Of a stretch of 32,000 bases of DNA, positions 18,172 to 27,382 are shown in pieces. Positions within the stretch are counted from its first letter, which is position 1, and each line of letters begins with the position of its first letter. Both the position numbers and the translations under genes were made by a program. A model generated the notes under the pieces. It had not been told where the DNA came from. It saw nothing but the letters and a program-made list of their open reading frames with translations, and ran no database searches. This DNA is from Alphaproteobacteria bacterium. GTDB taxonomy: Bacteria; Pseudomonadota; Alphaproteobacteria; Rhizobiales; GCA-2746425. Location: positions 332,698-364,697 of the forward strand of contig JBPOEV010000001.1 in the NCBI GenBank assembly GCA_051251535.1, given 5' to 3'.

Positions 18172-18241
18172 TGTGCACCCGACTGGACTCGAACCAATGA
18201 CCTTCGCCTTCAGAGGGCAGCGTTCTATCCGGTTGAATTAT
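18172..18241 (-). pseudogene. 5'-truncated, decayed tRNA fragment (tRNA-Arg-like)
   Basis: The reverse complement is ATAATTCAACCGGATAGAACGCTGCCCTCTGAAGGCGAAGGTCATTGGTTCGAGTCCAGTCGGGTGCACA. It has a good T arm (ATTGG-TTCGAGT-CCAGT) and an acceptor 3' strand CGGGTGC plus A. The D-loop GGATAGA and the segment GCTGCCCTC..GGC resemble Arg tRNAs as I remember them. No matching 5' acceptor strand (GCACCCG) exists upstream, the D and anticodon stems carry mismatches, and the CCA is degenerate. Confidence 0.6.
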
Positions 18242-18286
18242 GGAACAAACCGTCCTGCAATTCGTAGGTACGGTTGTCGGATGCTC

Positions 18287-18310
18287 ATTTGGTTGCCTCA
18301 AAGCTCAACC
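18287..18310. repeat. att-like repeat X (contains TGGTTGC, complement of the last 7 nt of tRNA-fMet)
   Basis: ATTTGGTTGC|CTCAAAGCTCAACC aligns with Y, AGTTGGTTGC[GGGAGGGCG]CTCAAATCTCAACT (20308-20340). It also forms the internal palindrome GGTTG-N10-CAACC. Confidence 0.45.
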
Positions 18311-18502
18311 GCAGAATTATGTCCCGAAATGCGCAAGTATTTACACTACGCTATTCTGCGGGATCTTACGCTAGCCGAAACAAATACAACCATCAGCGCT
18401 CCGTCGCACGCTACGCTTCGCTCCATGTAATGTTGCTTAGAAGAGCTGCGTCCGCGATTGTCTCAATGGACTTACCTTCCATTTCAATCGGACGACGGTA
18501 TA

Positions 18503-18682
18503 ATGAACAGGCTTCAGGCGCATCGAAAGGACAAAAGCGACGCGGGTCGACCGTTGAACCTGTCGAAAAGCGACAGAGGCGCTGATCCGCGCTTGGTCGA
18601 GCTGGTTCGCCTTCTAGCGCGTCGTGCTGCACGAGAATGGTATGACCAGCAATCGGGAGATCGCAGATCGCCGCGCTCCTGA
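18503..18682 (+). CDS. Hypothetical small basic protein upstream of the recombinase (candidate regulator or directionality factor)
   Basis: 59 aa from the ATG at 18503 (the track gives a TTG start at 18458): MNRLQAHRKDKSDAGRPLNLSKSDRGADPRLVELVRLLARRAAREWYDQQSGDRRSPRS. It ends 19 nt before the recombinase GTG on the same strand. I cannot name a family. Confidence 0.3.
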   Translation: MNRLQAHRKDKSDAGRPLNLSKSDRGADPRLVELVRLLARRAAREWYDQQSGDRRSPRS

Positions 18683-18701
18683 TGCTTCAGGAGATGAAAC
18701 C

Positions 18702-20483
<1,782 letters not shown>

Positions 20484-20630
20484 CCAAAAACGTGCTGAGT
20501 ACCCTCAGCGACAGGCAGCATGTAGCACTCCTCTTTGGGGAATGAAAGGTGTATGTGACGTTTTTTTGTCAGTCTTTTTTTGGCCATCGTTCAAAGGGCG
20601 GAAACCGGCCTTTCAAGGGCGCAAATCGGG

Positions 20631-21350
20631 TCAAATAAGGTTCAGTTCTGTGGCGATCCGTGTCAGGTGGGCGGTGTTGCCGCCATTGGTTTTTTCGCGG
20701 ATGTTGAGGCGGTGGCTTTCCACCGTGCGTACACTGATGGAGAGTTTTTCGGCGATTTCCTTGTTGGCAAGGCCTGCGGCGATGCCCTGCAGCACCTGGC
20801 GTTCGCGCCCGGACAAGCCATAGGCGCAGATGCGGCTGGGGTCTGCGGGCAGGGGGGTGGCACTGACCGAACCGTTAATGCGGTCGCTGTGTTGGTGGTT
20901 TTGATCCTCGTCAGTTGGTGGGACAAAGGATGCGGGCATGAGGGATGGCGCGACTTTTGCGGAGAAATAGAGACCGCCAGCGGCAACCGAGCGGATGGCA
21001 GAGAGCATTTCCCGGGCATCAGCTTCTTTCAGCAGATAGCCATTGGCGCCCGCTTTGACCGCACCTTGCACATATTCAGTGGCATCATAGATCGAGAGCA
21101 TCAGGATTTTGCAATCATGCTTGTTCTCACGGATTTTACGCGCCGCCTCCAGACCGTTCATCACCGGCATTGATATATCCAGCATGACCACGTCAGGGTT
21201 GTGGCGTTGCACAAGATCCACCGCCTCAGCGCCATTCTTGGCTTCTGCCAGAATTTTCAGATCAGACGTGCCCTGCAGCCGGGCGCGAATGCCATCACGC
21301 ACCACTTCGTGGTCGTCGGCTATGATGATCGAGATGTTCGAGGACATCAT
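20631..21350 (-). CDS. NarL/FixJ-family response regulator (REC + LuxR-type HTH)
   Basis: 239 aa. The receiver domain contains IIIADDHEVVRDG...VVMLDISMP...GANGYLLK. The C-terminal HTH reads LSGRERQVLQGIAAGLANKEIAEKLSISVRTVESHR. A long linker (~50 aa) joins them. An ATGA overlap joins the gene to the kinase gene. Confidence 0.9.
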   Translation of the reverse strand: MMSSNISIIIADDHEVVRDGIRARLQGTSDLKILAEAKNGAEAVDLVQRHNPDVVMLDISMPVMNGLEAARKIRENKHDCKILMLSIYDATEYVQGAVKAGANGYLLKEADAREMLSAIRSVAAGGLYFSAKVAPSLMPASFVPPTDEDQNHQHSDRINGSVSATPLPADPSRICAYGLSGRERQVLQGIAAGLANKEIAEKLSISVRTVESHRLNIREKTNGGNTAHLTRIATELNLI

Positions 21351-22885
21351 GCTGCCTCCCGAATTGGTGGCGTGGTCGATTGCAGATCGGTGTCTGCGCT
21401 GACGTCTTCGCGGGTGAGATCAAGCGGCATGGTGATGTAGATTTCGGTGCCGCACGTGACGCCTTCGAAATCTGCGGGCCCAATGGCCAGTTTACCGCCA
21501 TAGCTTTCCACACGTTCCATCATGTTGCGAATGCCAAGGCCGGTGTCAGCGGATGCGGAGGCGGTGCTGCCTGACCCACTATTGCGTAGTTTGGACGGCA
21601 GGCCTTTGCCATTGTCACGAATGCGCATGATGAGAATGCCGTCCCGTCGTTTCAGCGCTACACTGACGCGGCTGGCCTCGGCATGTTTGGCAATATTTGT
21701 GAGACTTTCCTGAAGCACGCGGTAAAGCGCCGTTTTAGCACCATCCGGCAAGCTTGGGCCGACCGGTGTTGCCGTCACAGCCACCTGAAGCCGGGTCTGA
21801 TCGGCAAAATCATTGCACAGGTTCTGAATGGCGGCGGCAAGGCCCAGATCATCCAGCACGCTTGGGCGCAGATCCTTGGAAATGCGGCGCACTTCACTGA
21901 TGGCATTCTCCAGAACGCGCATGGATTTGGCGATCAGCGCGCGGGGGCTGGTGCTGGCGGTTGCTTCCTGCATTTCTTCCGCTCCGTCCCGACTGACTGG
22001 ATGGGCAGGCGGATCTGCTGGAGCCTGCGCATGGGCAAGGTCGAGCGAATAGCGTGCGCCGACCAGCAACTGGCTGATGCCGTCATGCAATTCAGTGGAG
22101 ACGCGTTTGCGCTCTTCTTCCTGCACATTCACGATGCGCCGCGTCAGATCCTTCAACTTGCTGTCAGCGAACCGCTCTTCAGACAGACGGATGGCAAACA
22201 ACATGGCGCTGACCATCAGCACGGCAACAAATGTCAGTGCAAACAGGATGATCGCCGTCTGGTTGACATTTTCTTCGGTCTGGGAGCGCAGAATGGTAAT
22301 CTCGTTCTCAATGTCATCAAGATAGAGGCCGGTGCCGAACATCCAGCCCCATTTTGGCAGGTAATCTGCATAGCCCAGCTTTTCGGCGGCCTGGCCAGTG
22401 GTGGGTTTGTTCCAGATATAGCGGTGAAAGCCGCCGCCATCTTGAGCTGCCTTGATGAGGTTGCGGATGACGTAGTCGCCATTGGGGTCCTGCAGATCCC
22501 ACCAGTTTTCGCCAACCAGTTCCGGCAGGCGCGGATGTACCAGGCTGTTGCCATCATTGTCATAGACAAAGAAATAGCCATCATCGCCAAAAGTCATATC
22601 GTGCAATATCTGCATGACCTCCGCCTGCGCTGCTTCCTGGCCAGCCGGTTCGGCATCATAAAGGTGGCGGATTGAGGTTTGTGCCAATGATATGTAATTG
22701 CGGATTTCGGCCTGCCGGGCGGCTAATATGCGCTTTTCCACGGTGGCAAGTTCTGCTTGTATAAGACGGTCTGCCTGAAAGGAGATCACCAGCCAACTGA
22801 GTGCCGATACGGCCAACAATGGCAGAATTGTTATCAGAAGCAGCCGCGTCCTGAAGGTCAGCCGGGGTAGTTTATTGGGTCTCAT
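21347..22885 (-). CDS. Sensor histidine kinase, periplasmic Cache-like domain + HisKA_3 + HATPase
   Basis: I chose the start at MRPNKLPRLTF (GGAG 6 nt upstream). There are two TM helices around a ~190-aa periplasmic domain (DDGYFFVYDNDGNSLVHP...GWMFGTGLY, Cache-like). Kinase motifs are the H box EERKRVSTELHDGISQ, an N box and G boxes (DNGKG, GLGIRNMMERV). The track ORF extends 31 codons further upstream. Confidence 0.88.
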   Translation of the reverse strand: MRPNKLPRLTFRTRLLLITILPLLAVSALSWLVISFQADRLIQAELATVEKRILAARQAEIRNYISLAQTSIRHLYDAEPAGQEAAQAEVMQILHDMTFGDDGYFFVYDNDGNSLVHPRLPELVGENWWDLQDPNGDYVIRNLIKAAQDGGGFHRYIWNKPTTGQAAEKLGYADYLPKWGWMFGTGLYLDDIENEITILRSQTEENVNQTAIILFALTFVAVLMVSAMLFAIRLSEERFADSKLKDLTRRIVNVQEEERKRVSTELHDGISQLLVGARYSLDLAHAQAPADPPAHPVSRDGAEEMQEATASTSPRALIAKSMRVLENAISEVRRISKDLRPSVLDDLGLAAAIQNLCNDFADQTRLQVAVTATPVGPSLPDGAKTALYRVLQESLTNIAKHAEASRVSVALKRRDGILIMRIRDNGKGLPSKLRNSGSGSTASASADTGLGIRNMMERVESYGGKLAIGPADFEGVTCGTEIYITMPLDLTREDVSADTDLQSTTPPIREAA

Positions 22886-23035
22886 ATTTGGCTCCATGAT
22901 GTGCACACGGGCCGCTTTTTGATTGTCCGGATCATTGTTTGCCTCCCCCTGACATCCAAACTCAGTAGTAATACGCATTTTTTCCGCAGTTAACGCAATA
23001 GCCTTCTTGAAAGTGATTGCCTAGACAGACATTTG

Positions 23036-23069
23036 CACCATTTGTGATGGTGGACGCGCCTATGCGCGT
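23036..23069. promoter_or_regulatory. Two adjacent perfect palindromes upstream of dctP (candidate regulator binding sites)
   Basis: CACCAT-ttgtg-ATGGTG (23036-23052) and ACGCGC-ctat-GCGCGT (23054-23069) lie 45-78 nt upstream of the dctP ATG. They sit in the divergent kinase/dctP intergenic region. Confidence 0.3.
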
Positions 23070-23113
23070 GGTAAGAATTTCGCATGACTTTGTGCAAGGG
23101 AGGAAATCTGCAC

Positions 23114-24223
23114 ATGACTAATTCAAATTCAAAATTGGGTCGTCGATCCTTTATCAAATCCGCTGGTCTGGTAACCGCCGGTGGCGCGGTGGCGAGCACA
23201 CTGGCGGCACCAGCATTGGCTCAAGATACACGTGAGCTGAAAATGGTCACGACCTGGGGCAAAAACCTGCCCGGTCTGGGTACAGGCGCTCAGCGTCTTG
23301 CCGACCGTATTACGAAAGCCTCTGATGGGCGTATCTCTGTTAAACTGTTTGCTGCCGGCGAGTTGGTTCCTCCATTTGAGAGCCACGATGCAGTACAGAA
23401 TGGTTCCGCTGATATGTATCACGGTGCTGAGTATTATTGGCAGGGCAAAAACAAGGCGTTCAATTTTTTCGCTGCTGTCCCGATGGGTCTCACAGCTGCA
23501 GAAAATGATGCATGGATGCAGTTTGGTGGTGGTCAGGAATTGTGGGATGAGTTGTCTGCAGGCTTCGGCGTCAAGGCGTTTCCTGCTGGCAATACAGGTG
23601 CCCAGATGGGTGGCTGGTTCCGCAATGAAGTCAACACTGTTGAAGATTTGAAGGGCATCAAAATGCGCATGCCCGGCCTTGGCGGAGAAGTTCTGCGCCG
23701 TGTTGGCATGACTGCCGTGGCGTTGCCCGGTGGCGAAGTGTTCCCGGCTCTGCAGGCTGGCACAATTGATGCAACCGAGTGGGTTGGCCCCTGGCTTGAC
23801 CTGACATTCGGCTTCTACAAAGTGGCCAAATTCTATTACGGTCCCGGTTTCCATGAGCCCGGCACAACCTTGTCACTGGGTATCAACAAAGGCATCTGGG
23901 ACTCCATGTCAGAGGCTGATCAGGAACTGATTTCGGCTTGCGCCTACGCTGAAAACAACCAGATGTATTCCGAGATCAATTTCCGCAATGGCGCGGCATT
24001 GGCGGAACTTGTCAATGAGCATGGCGTGCAGCGCAGAGACTTCTCCGATGAGATTTTTGACGCGTTTGCCAAGGCATCTGAAGAAGTTGTCTCGGAAGTG
24101 GCCGAAGATGATCTGGGCCGCAGAATTGTGGACAGCTTCCGCAAAGCCCGTACAGATCTTGGTGGCTGGTTGAATGTGCAGGAACTGCCATATGTGCAGC
24201 GCCGCAACAAATATCTCGGATAA
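23114..24223 (+). CDS. dctP: TRAP transporter substrate-binding protein (DctP family, TakP-like), Tat signal
   Basis: I chose the start at MTNSNSKLGRRSFIKSAGLV (twin-arginine motif, GGGAGGA 9 nt upstream). The mature part (MVTTWGKNLPGLGTGAQRLA...GNTGAQMGGWFRNE...DATEWVGPW) resembles the alpha-keto-acid-binding TakP subgroup as I remember it. Confidence 0.85.
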   Translation: MTNSNSKLGRRSFIKSAGLVTAGGAVASTLAAPALAQDTRELKMVTTWGKNLPGLGTGAQRLADRITKASDGRISVKLFAAGELVPPFESHDAVQNGSADMYHGAEYYWQGKNKAFNFFAAVPMGLTAAENDAWMQFGGGQELWDELSAGFGVKAFPAGNTGAQMGGWFRNEVNTVEDLKGIKMRMPGLGGEVLRRVGMTAVALPGGEVFPALQAGTIDATEWVGPWLDLTFGFYKVAKFYYGPGFHEPGTTLSLGINKGIWDSMSEADQELISACAYAENNQMYSEINFRNGAALAELVNEHGVQRRDFSDEIFDAFAKASEEVVSEVAEDDLGRRIVDSFRKARTDLGGWLNVQELPYVQRRNKYLG

Positions 24224-24239
24224 ACCTATCTGAAAGAAA

Positions 24240-24270
24240 CCTCCCGCACTAAAGTGCGGGAGGTTTTTTA
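24240..24270 (+). terminator. Rho-independent terminator/attenuator between dctP and dctQ
   Basis: CCTCCCGCAC-taaa-GTGCGGGAGG is a perfect 10-bp stem followed by TTTTTTA. It starts 17 nt after the dctP stop. Confidence 0.8.
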
Positions 24271-24308
24271 CTTCAACTCAATATCTCACACGCCTTGGGG
24301 GCCATATC

Positions 24309-24896
24309 ATGCGTGCGCTGGCTGATCTGATTGATCGGGTCAATAAATCTATCGGCAGAACCGTCATGTGGTTCGCCCTGTTCATTGTTCTCATTCAGTT
24401 TGTTGTTGTGGTGATGCGCTATGTTTTTGGCGTCGGCTCAATTTTTGCGCAGGAAAGCATCACTTATCTGCATGGCTTTCTGTTCATGCTGGCGGCTGCC
24501 TACACGCTGCTGACTGACGGTCATGTGCGCGTTGATATATTTTACCGCGATGCCCATCCGCGCAAAAAGGCGATGGTCAATCTGGTCGGTGCCTTCCTTC
24601 TCATGATCCCGGTCTGTGTGCTGATTTTCTGGACGTCTTTCCCCTACGTCATGGCATCCTGGGCGGCTCTGGAAGGGTCACCGGAAACCAGTGGTATTCA
24701 GGCACGTTACATTCATAAAACCGCTATTCTGGCGTTCGCTGCAATGATGGCCCTGCAAGGCGTTTCCATGGCCATTCGGTCATTGCTGGCGCTGGGTGGT
24801 GATGAAATGGAAATCGATCGATTGCGGATGAGCCAGGAATTGCCGGAACTGCGCGAGAAGCTCACTGAAAAAACGCGCGCCGGGGGGCAGACATAA
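24309..24896 (+). CDS. dctQ: TRAP transporter small permease (DctQ family)
   Basis: 195 aa with four hydrophobic helices. It lies between dctP and dctM, and its stop overlaps the dctM start. Confidence 0.85.
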   Translation: MRALADLIDRVNKSIGRTVMWFALFIVLIQFVVVVMRYVFGVGSIFAQESITYLHGFLFMLAAAYTLLTDGHVRVDIFYRDAHPRKKAMVNLVGAFLLMIPVCVLIFWTSFPYVMASWAALEGSPETSGIQARYIHKTAILAFAAMMALQGVSMAIRSLLALGGDEMEIDRLRMSQELPELREKLTEKTRAGGQT

Positions 24897-26488
24897 TGGA
24901 CGTCTCTATTGGACAATCGCTCGACCTTTTGATGTTTGCCACGGTTTGCGTTGTGCTTTTGATGGGTTTTCCGGTGGCGTTTACGCTGGCCGGAACAGGG
25001 CTGGCCTTTGGCCTGATCGGCTATATGGTGGGTGTTTTCGACCCGTCCTTCCTGCTTGCCACTCCGCAACGCCTGTTCGGCATCATGACCAATGAGGTTC
25101 TCATTGCCGTGCCGCTGTTCGTGTTTATGGGCGTCATGCTGGAGCGCTCCAAGGTCGCCGAAGAATTGCTGGAAACGATGGGCCAGCTCTTTGGGACTTT
25201 AAGGGGTGGTCTGGGCCTGTCGGTCACCATTGTGGGAGCCTTGCTGGCCGCATCGACCGGGATTGTGGGTGCCACCGTTGTCACCATGGGTCTGCTGTCT
25301 TTGCCGACCATGCTGGAGCGCGGCTATTCTAAACGGCTGGCCTGCGGCTCAATTGCCGCATCGGGAACGCTGGGGCAGATCATTCCGCCCTCGATTGTTC
25401 TGGTGATTTTGGGCGATCAGATATCCAACGCCTATCAAAAGGCTCAGTTGGATATGGGTAATTTCTCTCCGGACACCGTGTCTGTGGGTGATCTGTTTGC
25501 CGGGGCTCTGCTGCCCGGATTGATGCTGGTCGGCATGTATATGCTGTATCAGATCGGCATGGCCATTTTGAGCCCGGGAAGTTCGCCCGCAATGCCTCCT
25601 GAATCTGGTCAAAGGGTCAGTATTGGCAAAGTGTTTCATGCCCTTGTGCCCCCCATCGTACTGATTATCTCGGTACTGGGCTCCATTCTTGGCGGCGTTG
25701 CAACACCAACGGAAGCTGCGGCTGTGGGTGCCGTCGGTTCCATTTTCCTTGCAGGTTTGCGTGTGGGCAATGGCAGTCCGTGGCCTATCTATCTGGCGGC
25801 AATAGCGCTGGTCGTGGTTCTGTTCATGACAGTCAATCTTGATCTCCGGGTCGCGCGCGATGAAATCTCGCAATTTGATCAATACGCAATTTACGCTGCT
25901 GCTGTGTGTTGCCTGATGGTGGCCATTGGTATTGGCGTGGCCCTGCTGCGTGTCTTCCGTGAAGGGGTTCTGACCAAGGTGGTGGAAGGCACCACCCATG
26001 TGACGACCATGGTATTTGTCATTCTGATCGGTGCATCCATCTTCTCGCTGGTTTTCCGCGGACTGGGTGGTGAAGAACTGGTTCATGAAATGCTGAGTGA
26101 CATACCTGGTGGCACCATTGGTGTTGTTCTGACGGTCATGTTGCTGATGTTCGTTCTGGGTTTCTTTCTGGATTTTCTGGAAATTGTGTTTGTGGTGGTG
26201 CCTCTGGTCGCTCCCATCCTTCTGCAGCTTGAAATGCCGAATGGAGACCCGATCAGCCCGGTCTGGCTGGGTATCATGATGGCCGTCAATCTGCAGACAT
26301 CCTTTCTGACACCGCCATTTGGCTTTGCCCTGTTCTATCTGCGCGGTGTCGCACCGCCCAGCGTCAAGACATCGGACATTTACATTGGGGCGATTCCCTT
26401 TGTTCTGATCCAGATGATTGCTCTGGTGGTTCTGTGGTACCTGCCAGCGCTGGCAACATGGCTGCCAAAAGTGGTTTACGGTCCATAG
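24896..26488 (+). CDS. dctM: TRAP transporter large permease (DctM family, long 530-aa form)
   Basis: 530 aa and polytopic. The segments GTLGQIIPPSIVLVILG and FLTPPFGFALFYLRGVAP are DctM-typical. Confidence 0.88.
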   Translation: MDVSIGQSLDLLMFATVCVVLLMGFPVAFTLAGTGLAFGLIGYMVGVFDPSFLLATPQRLFGIMTNEVLIAVPLFVFMGVMLERSKVAEELLETMGQLFGTLRGGLGLSVTIVGALLAASTGIVGATVVTMGLLSLPTMLERGYSKRLACGSIAASGTLGQIIPPSIVLVILGDQISNAYQKAQLDMGNFSPDTVSVGDLFAGALLPGLMLVGMYMLYQIGMAILSPGSSPAMPPESGQRVSIGKVFHALVPPIVLIISVLGSILGGVATPTEAAAVGAVGSIFLAGLRVGNGSPWPIYLAAIALVVVLFMTVNLDLRVARDEISQFDQYAIYAAAVCCLMVAIGIGVALLRVFREGVLTKVVEGTTHVTTMVFVILIGASIFSLVFRGLGGEELVHEMLSDIPGGTIGVVLTVMLLMFVLGFFLDFLEIVFVVVPLVAPILLQLEMPNGDPISPVWLGIMMAVNLQTSFLTPPFGFALFYLRGVAPPSVKTSDIYIGAIPFVLIQMIALVVLWYLPALATWLPKVVYGP

Positions 26489-26518
26489 AGTGGGAATTCA
26501 AAACCCTCAATTGTTGAA

Positions 26519-26553
26519 AAAGCGTCGTTGAATGAGCTTCAACGGCGCTTTCT
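26519..26553 (+). terminator. Probable intrinsic terminator after dctM
   Basis: AAAGCGTCGTTGAA-tgagc-TTCAACGGCGCTTT forms a 14-bp stem with one G-T pair, followed by a weak T tract (CT). Confidence 0.5.
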
Positions 26554-26592
26554 GCCAGGTGGGCGATTGACAGTCCGGCTGTTGCGCCCAAC

Positions 26593-27288
26593 ATGGAGAG
26601 CATGCCCATTTTTTTGATCCTTGCCGTTTTGTTCATCCTGCTGATTTTCGGACCCTCCTTCTGGGTGCGGCGACAGCTTAAGAAGCACGCACGCCCCAGG
26701 CCCGACTTTCCCGGAACCGGCGGTGAGCTGGCGTTGCATCTGATTCAGCGCGCTGGGCTGCGTGGCGTCGGTGTAGAGCCGATTGACGAGGGCGGGGACC
26801 ATTATGATCCTGAAACCCGGACGATCCGCCTCAGCCGGTCATTTTACCGCGGGAAGTCCGTTTCCGCTGTTGCCGTTGCAGCCCATGAAGTTGGGCACGC
26901 TCTGCAACATGCACGTAATGAAAAGCTCTTCCATTTGCGTATGGCGCTGGCGAAATCCATTCAGCCGATCAACAAGATTGCCGGTGCGTTGCTGATTGTC
27001 GGCCCGATGATTGCGATGATCGCTCGTGCGCCCAGTTTCAGTTTGATGTTTTTTCTGTTGGGTATTCTGGTTCTTGTTCTGCAACTGGTCATTCACCTTG
27101 TCACGCTGCCAGTGGAATTTGACGCCAGTTTCGGCAAGGCACTTCCTATTTTGGCGGGCGGTGACTATCTCGATCAGTCAGATTTGCCCGCAACACGTTC
27201 GGTTTTAAGGGCCGCCTCACTGACTTATGTGGCCCAATCTCTGGCGGGTGTGTTCAATCTTTGGCGGCTTTTGCGTCTGCTGCGATAG
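26593..27288 (+). CDS. Membrane zinc metallopeptidase, YugP-like (Zn_peptidase_2)
   Basis: 231 aa with an N-terminal TM helix, the HEXXH motif AAHEVGHALQH, and C-terminal TM helices. Confidence 0.8.
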   Translation: MESMPIFLILAVLFILLIFGPSFWVRRQLKKHARPRPDFPGTGGELALHLIQRAGLRGVGVEPIDEGGDHYDPETRTIRLSRSFYRGKSVSAVAVAAHEVGHALQHARNEKLFHLRMALAKSIQPINKIAGALLIVGPMIAMIARAPSFSLMFFLLGILVLVLQLVIHLVTLPVEFDASFGKALPILAGGDYLDQSDLPATRSVLRAASLTYVAQSLAGVFNLWRLLRLLR

Positions 27289-27382
27289 AAATTTTGAAGC
27301 CTACCTTGGAATTACTCTAAAAACGCTCTAGCTACTCTCATGTCACAAGCGACCAATGAGATAATCACCAGCGAGGGCATTC

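Noticed and set aside
18173-18430. 85-aa plus-strand ORF starting MHPTGLEPMTFAF
   Set aside because: The GLEP..TF start is simply the translation of the complement of a tRNA T arm. The region is the tRNA-like fragment plus non-coding spacer.
21683-22675. 330-aa plus-strand ORF (and 20580-21173 plus) opposite the kinase and response-regulator genes
   Set aside because: It has no motifs, while the opposite strand carries full HisKA_3/HATPase and REC/LuxR signatures. These are shadow ORFs.
25349-26086. 245-aa minus-strand ORF inside dctM, with similar antisense ORFs at 28311-29024, 29785-30441 and 31249-31884
   Set aside because: All lie opposite strongly supported genes (dctM, SPFH, NfeD, pccA) and have skewed composition rich in His, Arg, Gln or Cys.
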